This document shows, one piece after another, positions 33,716 through 51,187 of a stretch of DNA of 64,000 bases. The DNA is taken from assembly GCF_000372725.1 (NCBI RefSeq), contig NW_005202428.1, positions 853,331 through 917,330 on the forward strand. Reading direction: 5' to 3'. Every line of letters starts with the position of its first letter. Within the stretch, counting starts at the first letter, position 1. The DNA is from Emiliania huxleyi CCMP1516. Its lineage: Eukaryota. The notes under the pieces were generated by a model that made no database searches, was not told where the DNA came from, and saw nothing but the letters and a program-made list of their open reading frames with translations. The translations under genes were made by a program, and so were the position numbers.

Positions 33716-34975
33716 ATGGCAATGCGCAGGAGCTGCGTGCCACGCGCGACGGTGCTCGAGGCTCCGAGGAGCACGCGCTGGGAGAAGTATAGCGACCCGC
33801 AGTGCACCGCCGGCTGCGCCATCAAGTCTTGCTCGGGCAAGTGGCACCCGTGCTGCGTGACCAAGGCGGTTGAACCTCACACGTACGCGCCCAAATCTGC
33901 GGAATTCCCAAGCCTGGCATTCCGCCTGGAGTACTATTTTGGCGTGGAAGACGACCGCGCCTGCCCGAGGTTTGGCAGGCTAAAGGCGAAAATGCGCTAC
34001 GACCACGCCTTTCTGTACAGCTGTGGCTCGCCCATCACAGGGATCGCTTGCAAGGGCAGCCCTTGCCACCCGACATATGGCAACGACATCTTCCGTATGT
34101 GCGAGGCGTTCGGCCGTCCGGGTGCGACCTTCGCACTGACCCTGGGCGACCGGATGGTCGCCAACAGCGGCGTGATCGGCAAGTCGAGGGACGTCCGGAC
34201 CGGCTGCGGCGCGATGCTCCCGCTCAACACGGGACGGCACTGGGCGCCGCTCGGCGCTGAACGCGAGCGGAAAGACGACGCGCACCTCATGTATTCGAGG
34301 TGGGTCTTCATGCGCAGCGCGCTGGGGCGGCGGAACCGGACCTGGGCGGACAGCTGGCTCGCCCGCTGGCTCAAGCCGAAGGTCCCATGGGCCTCCAAGC
34401 AGAAGGACATCGTGTGGCGCGGCACCACGACGGGCTGCTGCTGCAACGCGGAGACGTACCGGCCGCCGTCGGCGCCGTGCGTACGCAAGGACTTCGTGCA
34501 GGCGCTCGGTCGGCGGCACAATGTCAAGTTTATCGGGCCAGTCGTGCAGAAACGCCACGAGTGGGTCGCCGAGAACTGGACGTTTGGCGAGCGGCTGTCG
34601 GTGGGCAAGCAGCTGTCCTATCGGTACATTCTCAGCCTCGAGGGCAACGATGTGGCGACCGACCTGAAGTGGAAGCTCGCGCAGAACAGTGTCGTCGTGA
34701 TGCCGCCGCCGACGCGCGAGTCGTGGCTCATGGAGGGCCTGCTGCTGCCGTGGGTGCACTACGTGCCGCTCTACAGGCCGGAGGACCTTGAGTCAACGCT
34801 CCGCTGGCTCGACAGCCACGAGTCGGCGTGCCTCCGGATCATCGCAAACGCGCGCGAGTGGATGCGCCGCGTGTTGCAGCCGGCGGACTTTACGCCGCTC
34901 TTGCAGGCGCTGCTCGTTTCCCCGCCAGACCTATCTATCGACGCCTCGTCCAGAGACTTTACTGATGAAAGGTGA
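33716..34975 (+). CDS. Glycosyltransferase family 90 (CAP10/KDELC-like)
   Basis: IVWRGTTTG and YRYILSLEGNDVATDLKWKLAQNSVVVMPPPTRESWLMEGLLLPWVHYVP. Confidence 0.88.
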   Translation: MAMRRSCVPRATVLEAPRSTRWEKYSDPQCTAGCAIKSCSGKWHPCCVTKAVEPHTYAPKSAEFPSLAFRLEYYFGVEDDRACPRFGRLKAKMRYDHAFLYSCGSPITGIACKGSPCHPTYGNDIFRMCEAFGRPGATFALTLGDRMVANSGVIGKSRDVRTGCGAMLPLNTGRHWAPLGAERERKDDAHLMYSRWVFMRSALGRRNRTWADSWLARWLKPKVPWASKQKDIVWRGTTTGCCCNAETYRPPSAPCVRKDFVQALGRRHNVKFIGPVVQKRHEWVAENWTFGERLSVGKQLSYRYILSLEGNDVATDLKWKLAQNSVVVMPPPTRESWLMEGLLLPWVHYVPLYRPEDLESTLRWLDSHESACLRIIANAREWMRRVLQPADFTPLLQALLVSPPDLSIDASSRDFTDER

Positions 34976-35141
34976 AAAAGCTGAAACTGAGCTGAAACCT
35001 ATAAGGTAAGGTAAGGTAAGGTAAACTTCTCCACACACACGAGGTGGTGGGGCAAGGGGGGGCAACCCTCGCGTCTCCACGTCTAACGACAGGAGCCCCC
35101 CACGGCATTTAAAGTGCAAGGCCCGGTGCGCGTGGGTGAGC

Positions 35142-35269
<128 letters not shown>

Positions 35270-36243
35270 ACGTCACTGCATCCTCTGCCGGTTCCTCCCG
35301 TCGCCTCTTCTTTGTGTTCGAATGTTTTTCAAAAAATAGTTAGAGGCTGCGCAGGCCGTCCCGTTTGCTGTTTGAAACGCCTGTTGCGCTGGCCGCTGCG
35401 CGCGCACCTTGTGATTTTTGGGTCAAAATCGTCCCGATTTCATAATGTTCGCTCGTACGTGCATCCGCGGCGCCCAGCGCGGTGCCAGCGGCTCCCATAC
35501 CTCTAAGAGGCCACCCACCTCCGTATAGACCCTTATATCCGCGGTTTACGCCCAATAGAGGCAGCTGCAAGAGGGCCCGGACGGGCACTGCGGCACACAC
35601 TGCTCGCTGCTCGGCCATGCGGTAGCGTCTGGTGATGCCGCCCCTGCGCGGGCGGGGGCGTCTCGCTCGGCAGCAACTGCGCCGCGCAGCGCAGGTTCGA
35701 GGGTCGCGGTGGGTGGGTGCACTGGAAGACGTAGCGGTCGAGAAAGCGCTCAGCGACCGCTACGTCTCGAGGATGGAGCCGTCGCGCGGACCCGACCGGC
35801 CGACCGGCAGTAGCAGCAGGCGCCGGAGGGCGCGGGAGGCAGCGGCGACACCTCGGGCCAGAAGCGCGAGCCCTAGGCTGGTGAGGGGGCCCGCTCATGC
35901 GTAAACGGCTCTGGGACTTAGCTAAATCGCGCATCGAAATCGGGACGATTTTGCCAGGGCACCGTCACAAGGTGCGCCGCGTGGCGCGTGCGCGCCGCCA
36001 GTCTTCCCGTGCCTAGTGAGAGTGACCGCTCACCGTAAAATTCTTTTTGCGCCAGTCCTCTCTTCCCCAGGGTTCCAACTTTTTCCGGGGTATGGTACCC
36101 TCGCGGCCCAAAGGGTGGGGGGGTATGGTCCTGACCGCCCATCCCCGGTCTCCGCGGGAGGCTGGGTCTGTCAGCAGGCGGGGGGGTATGGTCTCGAGGT
36201 GGGTTGAACACACCAGTGAGGGTGGGCGAGACGATCGACATCG

Positions 36244-36295
36244 AGGGGTCCCGTACCATGCGGAACCGACCCTATCCAGTGCTCAAGTGCTCAAG
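36244..36295 (-). repeat. Dispersed repeat family A, copy 3 (inverted)
   Basis: Reverse complement of 16429-16480. Confidence 0.85.
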
Positions 36296-36675
36296 GTGGG
36301 TTGCGGAGCGTCCAAACCCAGGGTTCCGGCTCCTACCCAGATAGGGGGTCTGTCGGCACCCGTTGGACCCTATGCAATAGGTAGGTAGGTCCGGTTTTGA
36401 CCGCCCCAGAGGGCCCCTGCAATAGGTAGGTAGGTGGCGGGTGGTTTGGGGGGTTCGGGGGGGTGGGGGGTAAAAAAAACCCCTTTCCCTCGCCGCGGGA
36501 AGAAGGCCCCCCCCGGCGTTTTAGCCCGCGAAAACGGGGCCCTTGCCCAAAACGAATTCGCCTTGCGGGCCGGGGACGCCCAGCCCAAAAACGCGTGCCG
36601 GGCGGGTGGCCGCCCCCGCGGTAACAAACCCCGCCCCCGGCGGGGGGCCTTGGATACCCCTTTTTCCCCAAAAGG

Positions 36676-36775
36676 NNNNNNNNNNNNNNNNNNNNNNNNN
36701 NNNNNNNNNNNNNNNNNNNNNNNNNNNNNNNNNNNNNNNNNNNNNNNNNNNNNNNNNNNNNNNNNNNNNNNNNNN
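36676..36775. other. Assembly gap (100 N) flanked by low-quality, homopolymer-rich sequence
   Basis: N run; excess G/C/A homopolymers at about 36440-37015. Confidence 0.95.
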
Positions 36776-37671
36776 AAAAAAAGCCCCCCCCCCCCGGGGG
36801 GGCAGAGAGGGGGCCAAAAGGCCCCCCTTTTACCCCCCCCGGGGGGGGACCCCCCCAACCCAAAAAAGAACCCGCGGGGGCCCGGGGGGGGGACCCCGGG
36901 CTGTTAAAAAAAAACCCCGGGGGGGGGGGGCTTTTATACCTGAAAACCCGGGGGGTGGGGGGGGCGCAACCCGGCTGCGGGGGGGGTCCACACAGGGTAA
37001 GGTGGGGAAGACCGCCAAGAAGAGGCGGCGGCGGCGGCGGCGGCGGCAGCGCGCGCGCGGCGCGCGCGACGGGGGGGCGGAGCAGCGACCGCTGGCGCGG
37101 CCGCTGCTCCGTCTGTGCCAGGGACGCGCGCTCTGCGCCGCTGCAGAGCGCGCGCGTCAGGGCAAGGGGCATGCGTGGCGGCGCGGGACGCGTGGCGGCG
37201 GCGGCGAGCACGCTCCGTGAGCGGTGAGGCGGCCGGGCGAGGGCGCGGCGGGTGACGGGTCAAGGGAGCAGCCCACACCCGGCGTCGCTTTTTGAGCGAC
37301 GCCTGTGGTACGCCTGCGCAGGGGCCGCAGGGCGGTCAGTTGTGGGGCGAGGCGGTGCCGGCCGCGGGCCGGGTGCAAGGCGCCGGCCTCGGCGCCGCCT
37401 CGGCGCGCCGCACGGGCGCGGCGAGCCTCTGAGCGGGAGCCGAAGGTTTGCCGCGGTGGGAGGTGGTAGGGAGGTGGCGGTGGGGGGGCTGATTTTTCTT
37501 TGCCGCAGAGGCCGTCCCTAGCTGTGAACAGCAAAACGGGACAGTATCCATCCTTCACGAAGCCCTCCCAACTCCCATATACCTATACTCTAGGCCCGTT
37601 TGTGCTCTGCCAAGTGTCATCCATCCTTCTCACTTTTATTAAACGTGCCACCTCCCCCCAGGACGTCAGCT

Positions 37672-38535
37672 TCAGCTCCCTGTCCTCCTCTTCACCCCCC
37701 TCTCCACTCCCTCTCCGTCCCGAGTGGCAAAGACGTAAAATAGCCGCAGGGTCGGAGGCACCACCATGTGGTACCCCTCGACCTGCCCGCCCTCGAGCGG
37801 CTCGCAGATGACGCCTCCAAAGCCGTGGCGGCGCAGCAGCGCAACGACGCGGTCGAGGCGGCCGTTGATGTCGTGCACCTCTGCGACGACCTGCCTGATG
37901 GCAGCCCAGTGGCGCGCACTAATGCCGCGCAGCACGGCGAGCTCATCGCCCTCGCAGTCCACCTTGAGCAAGTCGACCCTCTCCACGCCGAGCTCCTCGA
38001 GCAGACTCGAGAGGGTGACAGCTCGCACCGCTGTCGCCGCCACCGTCGACGTCGCCGCCGCCGCCGCCGCCGTCGCTGCCGCTGCTGCCGCCGAGGGAGC
38101 TCCGCGCTTGACCGCCGCGTCCAAGCGAGCGCGCTGTGCGGCCCGCTCCCTCGGGTGGCAGGTCGACTCGGCGGGTGCATCACCAAAACAGTGGAGCTCG
38201 TGCTTCCCTGGCCGTTCGCGCAGCAGCGCCGGCACGCAGCGCACGTGGGCAGCGCGGAAGAGGTTCCGCTCGAGGAGTGGGAACGTGTGCGGAGACGGCT
38301 CCACCGCGAGAACGCGTGCGCGTGGGTTGATGGAGAGCGCGAGCAACGAGAAGAGGCCCAGATTGGCGCCGGCGTCCACGATGAGTGGCGAGCCGCGCTC
38401 GGGCACATGAACTCCGTGCTGGAGATACGACCGGCGAACAAAAATCTCCTCGTACAGGAACTCGGCCTCATCGAGAGTGCCCGGCAAGTACTCAAACGTC
38501 AAACCGGAACCGTCCTCGAGAAGCGTTGGCGGCAT
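37672..38535 (-). CDS. FkbM-family SAM-dependent methyltransferase
   Basis: FLYEEIF, IVDAGANLGLFS, VLAVEPSP, VDLLKVDCEGDELAVLRGI and IRQVVAEVHD. Confidence 0.92.
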   Translation of the reverse strand: MPPTLLEDGSGLTFEYLPGTLDEAEFLYEEIFVRRSYLQHGVHVPERGSPLIVDAGANLGLFSLLALSINPRARVLAVEPSPHTFPLLERNLFRAAHVRCVPALLRERPGKHELHCFGDAPAESTCHPRERAAQRARLDAAVKRGAPSAAAAAATAAAAAATSTVAATAVRAVTLSSLLEELGVERVDLLKVDCEGDELAVLRGISARHWAAIRQVVAEVHDINGRLDRVVALLRRHGFGGVICEPLEGGQVEGYHMVVPPTLRLFYVFATRDGEGVERGVKRRTGS

Positions 38536-40126
38536 CAAGCGTCTTCAGGCTGGTTCAGGCCATGTCTTGGCAGGTCCGGTTCGCAGGTCCGGCGCAGGTG
38601 ATATCTAGCGCCACCCGGCTCTAGCGCCACCGGCTCCAGCGCTCTTTGACTCAAATTTCTTTTGCGAGGACCTCGTACTCGGAACCATCTTCGGAATCGG
38701 ATGCTGTGAGACCGCAGGCCCTCCGAAAGCACGGCCGCCACCCCGCCCCTTCAGCCCTCTCAATACCCCGCACTGTACATGGCGCTACAACGCGACGAGC
38801 GGTTCGCCCAGAGCTGCCGCAGGGCAAGTATTTGCTGCGTCGCGACGAAGCGGTCCCGCTCGGCGCAGTACCCCGCCACTCCACACAACCGGCCGCGGCT
38901 CTTACTCTTGTTGGGGGCGTTATGACGCAGCGTCGCCGTTCCCTCCCTCGGGGCCAGCACAGCCCCTCTGCACCCGCCCTCGTGGTGAGAGAGCTGCTGG
39001 CGCAGGACAGCCGTCTTTGCACCGGGCGTGCCGCCGCCGCGGCACTGGCGAAAGAAGGAGCCCATGAGCGCGGGGTCCGAAGCGCAGCCGTCCGACGTCC
39101 AGGGGTTCACGCAGTTGGCACCGCCGTAGCCCTGGCGCTCGAGCAGGAACCGGTGCACCTAAGAACAGCGGCAACATTGGCCAAGACCCTTTCCTGCAGC
39201 AGCTATGGTGCCTAGGCCGGGCTGACTCGTAGGACGCGTCGGGCGTGCTCAGCGGTCAGTACGTACGCCTTCGAGTCGTAAAACTCTCGGCACCAGAGAA
39301 GCCGGGCACCGGCACTCAGTAGCCTCAACTCCGAGGAGTGACGCGCCCGCGCCTCCAGCCGCTCTACGGCGAGAGCCGCCACGGCTCACCCGGCGACGCT
39401 CCCTCTCTCCGAAGGCGGGCCATGATGAGTGCATCCTCCTCAGAAAGCGGCGCCTCTACCCTCGCCAGCTCAGAAAGCGGCGCCTCTACCCTCGCAAGCT
39501 TCTCTCCCAATAGCAGCCTTTGCACGTAACTCAGCTCGCTGCGACACGTCTCAAGCTCGCCAGAAGCGCGCTGAGAAGATGTTGACGTGGCAGGTATATT
39601 GAGCACACTGCGGGCCAAGCTCTGCCACTGAAGTAGAAGCCCCAAACAGAGTGCGGCAACCAGAGCCGCCGAGAGTGAGGGGATTATCGCAGGCATGTGT
39701 GCGTATCCAGGAGGACGCGCGAACAAGTTTCGGGTGATAAAAGTGTTCTTGCGCGGACTGGCACCACTGGACTATCGGCACACCAAAAATCGGGGAAGGT
39801 AAGAGCTACACTGGCTACATACACCGAAAAAAAGCGAAGAGAGGGGTAGGAAGGCGGGAGAAGCCGCGGTAAGCCGTAAAAGCCACCCAGAAAATGCCGC
39901 AAAGGTGAAATTCCAAAGAGAAGCGCAAAACTCGTTCCTTTTGGTAAAATAAAAACCAGCCCACTCTTCTCCTTTGCACCTGATGCTACAGAGGGCTGAC
40001 AGCGCGCTGACATCTCCCCGCGGGAGGGAGCCCATCGCACCACCAGGTGGAAGAGAAGAAGCGCTGATAAAAAACTCGTTCGCACCGACCGCCGCGGAGC
40101 GCAGATGAAACGAAAAACTCGCGTCG

Positions 40127-43100
40127 ATGCAGTATCGGCAAGACAAAGGCCAGCCGCGGTCGCCGGCGGTGCGGGGTGGGGATTCGAAGGAGCCGCAGGA
40201 GAGCTCGGAACCGTGCACGGAACAAGGCTCGCCACCGAACCCAGGTCGCCGTGCGGCGGCGCCGCCGGGAAGAGCTAAAGCTGGAGAAGCCGCAGCTCGA
40301 GTGCTCCAGGGCGGACCACGCCTACTTAGTGCTGATGGCGCGCCGGCGGGCAGGGCTGCAGCAGCAGACAGGGCTACTTGTAAGACCGCCGGGCCGCAAA
40401 CGTCCGAGCCATCCTGTGGTGCGGCCCTCGCATCGACGACGCTTTCCGACCCATCTTCTCCTGTGGCCCTCGCATCCGCGACAAGGCAAGCTGCGGCAAA
40501 ACAAGAAGCAGACGAAGCGGCTAGCGAGGTGGCTGCCCAGCGCAAAGCTGAAGAGTCGCTGGCAGCTTGCGACCAGGCAACCTACGAGTCGCTGCTTGGA
40601 CTTCTCGAGATTGTGCGCAGCCCTGGTTTCTCCGAGCACACTGGTCTGCAGCCGTGGGTGGGGACACCCGAGCCGCAGCTAGGTTGCACCACGGCGGGTC
40701 TCCTATTTGACCTGTCGCGTCAGCAGCAGCGGCTTGTGACGCCGTTCGGCGCGCTAACGCTGTCCTACTCGCTCTGCTTCCCGGGCTACCTCGAGCCGTC
40801 CGCGCCTCCGCCGGCACAGGACGAGCACTTGACACCGTTGCCAGGTCGCACTCTCGCCGTCCGGCCGGAGCGGACCTCGCTCTTCTTTGCGCTGTGCAGC
40901 TCAGGCGCACCGCACCTCCTTGCCCTCTCCAAGCAGCCGGGCCCTCGTTTTGCAGTCGACTCCGTGCTGGGAGCACCTCTGCCAGCTGGCGGGCTGAGAG
41001 ACGCCCCGGCCTCCGAGCACAAGGCGATGCGAGAACGCTGGTCTGCCGTCACTCGCGCGTCAAGGCCAAACATGGCGGCTCGCTTGACCGCCTCGCTTCA
41101 AACGCCGGGCACTCCAATCATCAACGAGCTGACCGGGCGCTGTGACGCGGTGCGCCTCGACCTTCTACCACGCCTCAAGCAGCACCGCGCATTCACTTGC
41201 GCGCGTACCAAGCCGAGCGAAGAGGATCTAGTGCGAGCCATGCGTGCCGGAGGCAACGAGGTGGAGAAGGCAGCACGGCACCTGCGCGCGATGCGGCGCG
41301 CGGAAGACGGGCTTGTCTCGCAGCGTCGTGGGTACGTGACGCGCGCTCAAGTACGGGAGGTGTTGCAGACGTGCGACTATGATGAGCGGGTCGCGAGGCT
41401 GCTGCTCGACTCGCAGCGTCAAGTGTCGAGAGTAGCTGATGACATTCTTGCCCAATCGGGTCTGGAGAGCGGCATAGGCTGGCCTACACGGCCAGACGTC
41501 GAGGCCCGGCTCGCAATGGCAGGGAATGACGAGGTGAGCGTGCTGTCGGCGCTGATTCAGGAGAACCGCGCCTCGGTGGAGATGATGGCCGAGATCATCA
41601 CCTCCGACACCATCGACCGTTTCCTCGCGCCGGAGCGGGCATCCCTTTACGGGCTGTCCTCGCCCCCGACTACAGAGGAGCGGAGGCGCGTCGAAGCACT
41701 CTACGACGAGTTCGGGCGCTCCGAGGAAAACCTCCATCATTTTCTCTTTGCCGTGGGCCAGATTGTGTGCAGCCTCGACAACCTCACCACTCCGGCCTGG
41801 AGGCCTCTCCGTGAGCTGGATGGCCCGGCGCTGCAGCCCTCGGAGACTAAGCTCCGACCCCGCGCTGCTCTCAGGCCAAGCCGGTGCGAGTTGGAAGGGT
41901 ACGTGCGCGAGTTCGGCGGCGACCTGGCAAAGGTCTGCCCATCGCCACGTTCCCTAAGCTCTCGCTCTTCACTCTCCGTAATTCAGTATCTATGCCGCAG
42001 GCCTTCCTGCGTGCCAACCGGTGCCTGACCGACGCGGCGCGCAAGCTTGGGTCGCCCGATCGAGCGACCATCGCCCGCTACGTGCGCGCTGCCGAGTGCA
42101 ACGAGCAAGAGGCGCACGCCTTTGCACTGGCGGTATGGAAGCTCGTAAACACGAAGCCGCCAAAGGCGGTCAAGTCAAAAACGCCCGCGCCGCCTGCTCG
42201 CGGTCGAAGCAAGGGCGGCAACGAAGCCAAAGCTCCCGTCACTTTGGCGGAGAAGTGTGGTTTCCCCTCGCGCGCCGAGGCCGAGGCGGCATTGCTTGCC
42301 GTCAAGGCTGGCAAGGACCGCCTCGCAAGCGCCGTGGCTATGCTCGAGCGCGTGGACGTGCTGCATCGCTTCATCTCGCCGACCTTCCCTGTGCTGCTTC
42401 GTGCTGATGCTTTGTGGGCGGCGGCGGAGCCTCGCCAGGCTCGCTACTTGTCTGCAAAGCCCCTCTCTGAGGAGGAGCGCGCATTGGGCGAGGATGGCCC
42501 GAGGCAGTTGCTTCGCCGCCTCGGCAAGATGCTCCAGGACCTCGATGAACGGGGCCGCTTGGCACCTGAGCCGAAACCACGCGCTGAGGCTTTGCTCTCG
42601 GGAGCCGCTGCCACGGCCCCAGCGTCGGTGTACGCAAGCGCGACCTCCGAGACACGAAACCGCGGGGTGCCTCGGGAGATGGCACGGCAAGCGCTGGACG
42701 ATCACGATTTCGATGTTGATGCGGCGAACACCGCCAGGTGTGCTGCCATGTAGCGCTAGCCTCTGATTGGCGGCCAACCCCTTAGGCCAAGCGATGGCTC
42801 TGCGGCGTGGGAACGGTGCTCGCGCGAAAGGAGCACTTTGGCGTCGATTCAACCGAAGAGGAGAGCACAGCGTGCCAACCCTTCGCCTAAAGCGCGCGGT
42901 GAGCCGACGCCTCTCAACAGGTGGAGGCTGTCTTCGAAAAAACTGGAAAGGACGCCGCTGCGGTCGTCAGCCACTTTGAGACCGTCGCAGAGGTCATGGA
43001 CGAGGTCGGCAGGCTACCCGCAGTCGGCCGATCGGATGTCGTGCTGCTAATGGGCCTGGACGGCGAGGGTTGTAGCAGCGCAGGCTGGCCCCGCTGTCAG

Positions 43101-43818
43101 CGCAGAATTTTGGCTACCTGGAGTGATACGCTGGAGCCCGATCGCGCCCGCTACTACTTAGGCTTGGTCGCGCGAGTGTGCGCATGCTTGCGCGGCCTGT
43201 CGCGCATCTTCATCGACGAGGGGACGCTGCTTTCTATCTGCCGCGCAGCAGCGCCCACAGAGGATGACCGGCAAGGGCTCTTCGGGGGATGATCACCACG
43301 ACTTGATAGCCCACAATGAGCTGGCCTACTATGACGCCTAGGCGATACATCTGCGAGTGCTTGCATCGCTGCGCCCTCTCTGAGGCGGGACAGCCCGTCT
43401 CGCCAGAGCCGTCGGAACTGAGCGAGGATCCGGCCGAGGCGAATGCAGAACGGGTGATGGCTGCGGCGCTGGCTTACATGCGAAAGGTCTCCGAGGTGCA
43501 GGTCTATCTCACCACCTTCCCAGAGCTCGACCAGCCGTCGACGCGAGCCGCGGCCGCAGCCCTCGACACGGCCGACTTCGACTCAAAGGCGGCAGGCCGT
43601 TTGCTACGTGCGTGAATTGCATGCGTTAGAGCGCTGTCCGCCCCCCAACCCTTAATGAGATTCGCTCTCTGGCAGGCGATGAGCTCCGCAAGAAGCGACA
43701 AGAGGCAATGCGGGAGGCGTACAAGCGCAAGTTAGAGGAGTACAAGAATGGCACTCTGAGTGTATCGCGTGTCTCGCATGACACGCTGCCCGGCGTGCCG
43801 AAACAGGCCCCGGCTTGA
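40127..43818 (+). CDS. Large hypothetical protein with several UBA-like helical units, multi-exon
   Basis: Long consecutive ORFs (40127-, 41884-, 42921-, 43316-) with repeated motifs such as PTRxxVxxxL / PSRAEAEAAL. Last exon ends ...QAPA*. Confidence 0.55.
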
Positions 43819-44171
43819 GTCTCGAGTCTTTTAGACACTCAAGACACGGCCCGATTCCATCGTGCTACCTGCTACGTGCACGTCTCGTCGTGAACGTTGG
43901 ATTGAAACTGTGTGTGGTCTCTGTGTGTGGAGTGTGTTCCTGTCGTGCGTGTAAAGAGAGTCTTACGATTGTTTTGAAAGAGGGTGAGCCTTGAGTCCCT
44001 GTACAGCGCGGCGATACAGCGCGCACCCGACATGCAACTCCCGCGCGCACCCCGGCGATCGACGAGTGCGAGTGAGAGTCCCCGTGTGCACAATTAAAGT
44101 TCATCTCCACCGGGTGTGCGGGACGGGCCTCCGCGCGAGATTGTCGCAAGGCGCAGCCTGCCCTCAAACTC

Positions 44172-48764
<4,593 letters not shown>

Positions 48765-49139
48765 CGGCGAGTTCTCCCGCGAATGTCGTTGTCCCACTCG
48801 CGCCTTGGCGATATAATAAAAAATGTATTATCCTAACGGTGTGGGGGCGCGGAGGGCTTGTTGGCGAGCCAAAATGGTGTTTTCCGAGGCGCTGCGCTAG
48901 GCTCAGAGCGAGTTCGCGCTGCGCTAGGCTCAGACGGCGAGTTCGCGCTGCGCTAGGCTCACAGATGCGAGTGCGCTGCGATAGAAGAAAAAACAGGGTC
49001 GAAACGACAACCGAAGGGAGGACTGTGTAGTGTAATCATGTGTCAAGAATCACGTGCTGCTGCTGCTGCTGCTACTGCTGCTGGCCTGCTGCTGCGCGGC
49101 GAGCGCCGTCGCCGAGGCGGGCCTCGGCGGAGAGCGCGA

Positions 49140-49907
49140 TTATGCGGCCTTTTCCGCGACCCGCACAAAGAAGAGGCGCCCTCCGTCAGCCTCGACCTGC
49201 CACCGGCTCGCGTCGACCGACCCGGCCGCGTGCCACACCTCCACAGCCCAGTGCGCCAGCCCGCAGAAGTTGCCCTCCTCGATGCCCCATCCCGTGGGCC
49301 ACGCGGCCAAAGCGGTGCCGAGAGGCGGCGGCGGCGCCGCGGTCGCCTCGAGACGCGCCGCGACGGCGTCAAAGGCGATCCGCCTCGCGCCCGTCGCGGC
49401 CGCCTCGGCCAGCAGCGCCTCCCCGGCCAGCCGCGGGAGGTCGCCCTCCGTCTCGAACCAGCACGACGAGCGGCCGTCGGCGCACGCCTCGTCCCACGCC
49501 TTGAGCTGGCGGACAAAGGCCGCCAAGCTCTTGAGGCCGGGCGAGGGCGCGGCGGGCGACGGGGCAAGGGAGCAGCCGGGCGAGGAGAGGTAGGAGGTGC
49601 TCGCCGGCGAGCGCTCCCGCGCCTGCGAAGGGGCAAGGCCTGAGGGCGGGCGGGCGGTCGGGCGGGCGGGCGCGGGTGGGGGGGATAAACGCTGCGCCGC
49701 CAAAGGAACCAGCGACACTGGCCGCGGCTCGTCGCCACGCGCCGGCTCGGAAGAGGGGCTGTCGGCGGCGAAGCAGAGTGGCACGCCTCGCCGCTCGAGC
49801 CGCCGACAGCCCCCCTCCTCGACGTGACGGCCGCTCCCGGAGCCGGCCGGTGCGCGCCTGACCCACGCCCCCTCTCGCACCCCTCCGACCCCCCCTGCGC
49901 GGCGCAC
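49140..49907 (-). CDS. Hypothetical protein (3' part; start uncertain)
   Basis: Coding-like Trp-rich frame ending ...GRLFFVRVAEKAA*. Confidence 0.35.
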   Translation of the reverse strand: MRRAGGVGGVREGAWVRRAPAGSGSGRHVEEGGCRRLERRGVPLCFAADSPSSEPARGDEPRPVSLVPLAAQRLSPPPAPARPTARPPSGLAPSQARERSPASTSYLSSPGCSLAPSPAAPSPGLKSLAAFVRQLKAWDEACADGRSSCWFETEGDLPRLAGEALLAEAAATGARRIAFDAVAARLEATAAPPPPLGTALAAWPTGWGIEEGNFCGLAHWAVEVWHAAGSVDASRWQVEADGGRLFFVRVAEKAA

Positions 49908-50437
49908 CCGTCCGCTGTGCGCCGGCTCGAGCGCCTATTGCCAAATCGCGACGTTTGAGCGCAGCGCACGCATCCTCTGGGCGCCTGAGCGCGGCGGAAT
50001 CTTGCCAGAATGTGGCCGCAGGAAGAGCCTCCGGCGGGCCTCCGGCGGACGCCTGGCGGCGTGGCGCTGCGCGCCGGCCTGCGGCCCAAAGCCCGAACGA
50101 GCGGTCAAGTTAACTTGACGCGCCGAATCCCTTGGTTGGCCCTCGCAGCTGTGATACAAAAGTGGGGACGCGCCTGGCGGCGCGCCCCCAAAAAACAAAT
50201 TTCGGGATGAACACCGAAAAGGGGGCTAGACGCGTCCCCCATGACAAGCGATCCCACATGACAAGCGATCCCACCACAGCGTCTGTGGGGAAGACTACAA
50301 CAACGAAGCTTGAAGGCTGGACGAGGGGGCGGTCCGCGGAACTAAGGAAAGCTCGGAGCGCCACGCAAAAATTAAGGCGTTTTCGCGGGCAAAGGGCACA
50401 CGTCCCCTGTGACGTAAGAGAGGACCGTCCTCCCCCC

Positions 50438-51031
50438 TCACAGACCGCATGTCTGGCCAGCGCAGTCCGCCAGCCGTTTCGCTATGGGCACGGCCAGCAG
50501 CATGAATGCGACCTTGTCCAGGTTCTGCCGCAGCGCCGGCGGCAGCCGGCCAAGCACTCCGCGCTCGAAGAAGTCGACCTGCTCGGCGGCGGCGACGATC
50601 GACGAAGGCTCCTCCAGCGCGAGCGTCCTCGGGTTGCACTGCAAAATACCCGGGTTCTTGCTACAGACGTCGCGCGCACCCTCTGTGCCGAGCATGCCGA
50701 CGAGCACGTCGTAGCAGCCGTAGATGTTGGATGGCGAATTGAGGTAGGGGAGAATCGTACCCGTGTTCCGCATTGCGGCGGCGACCGCCGATGCCTCATT
50801 CGCATAGCACGCCCGAAGCGCAGCCCAGAGCGCCTCGGTGCTCTCGCGCGGCGTGTCCGCGGAGAGCAGACCGTCCACCTCTGGCGGGAGGCGCGCGCGC
50901 TTGGCCCGCATGTCTTGCGTTGTCCAGCGGGCCATGCAAGACGGCGGTGATAGGCGAGCCGCAGGGAGAGGAGAGGTGGGACGAAGCAGCGGCTGGAAGC
51001 TTTGTGCGGAGACGAAAACGAGGAGCAGCAT
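50438..51031 (-). CDS. Hypothetical plastid-targeted protein (weak mTERF-like helical motif)
   Basis: MLLLVFVSAQS-FQP bipartite-like presequence; KNPGILQCNP motif; good codon bias. Confidence 0.65.
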   Translation of the reverse strand: MLLLVFVSAQSFQPLLRPTSPLPAARLSPPSCMARWTTQDMRAKRARLPPEVDGLLSADTPRESTEALWAALRACYANEASAVAAAMRNTGTILPYLNSPSNIYGCYDVLVGMLGTEGARDVCSKNPGILQCNPRTLALEEPSSIVAAAEQVDFFERGVLGRLPPALRQNLDKVAFMLLAVPIAKRLADCAGQTCGL

Positions 51032-51187
51032 CGTGAGTCGGGTTGTGCCTTTGTGCGAGTCCGACCGAGCTACGCCGAGCAGAGGGCCCTCTGCGGCGCC
51101 AATATGCAAAAAAGAATTTTATAACAAAACTCCCTCGCACAACACTGGGCACGGGACTTGTGCAAAAAAGAAAATAATGGCGCAATC

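Noticed and set aside
34960..35025. CTGATGA...GAAA hammerhead-ribozyme-like core followed by (GTAAG)n
   Set aside because: No convincing stem II or stem III pairing; it overlaps the GT90 stop codon.
36436..37015. Unusual homopolymer-rich G/C/A sequence and its ORFs
   Set aside because: It flanks a 100-N gap and looks like low-quality read ends, not biology.
38760..39726. Possible membrane-anchored protein gene on the minus strand
   Set aside because: Fragments are interrupted by stops and no consistent splicing or domain could be supported.
48889..48962. Three ~28-bp tandem repeats upstream of LIG1 as regulatory sites
   Set aside because: Indistinguishable from the many local tandem duplications in this genome.
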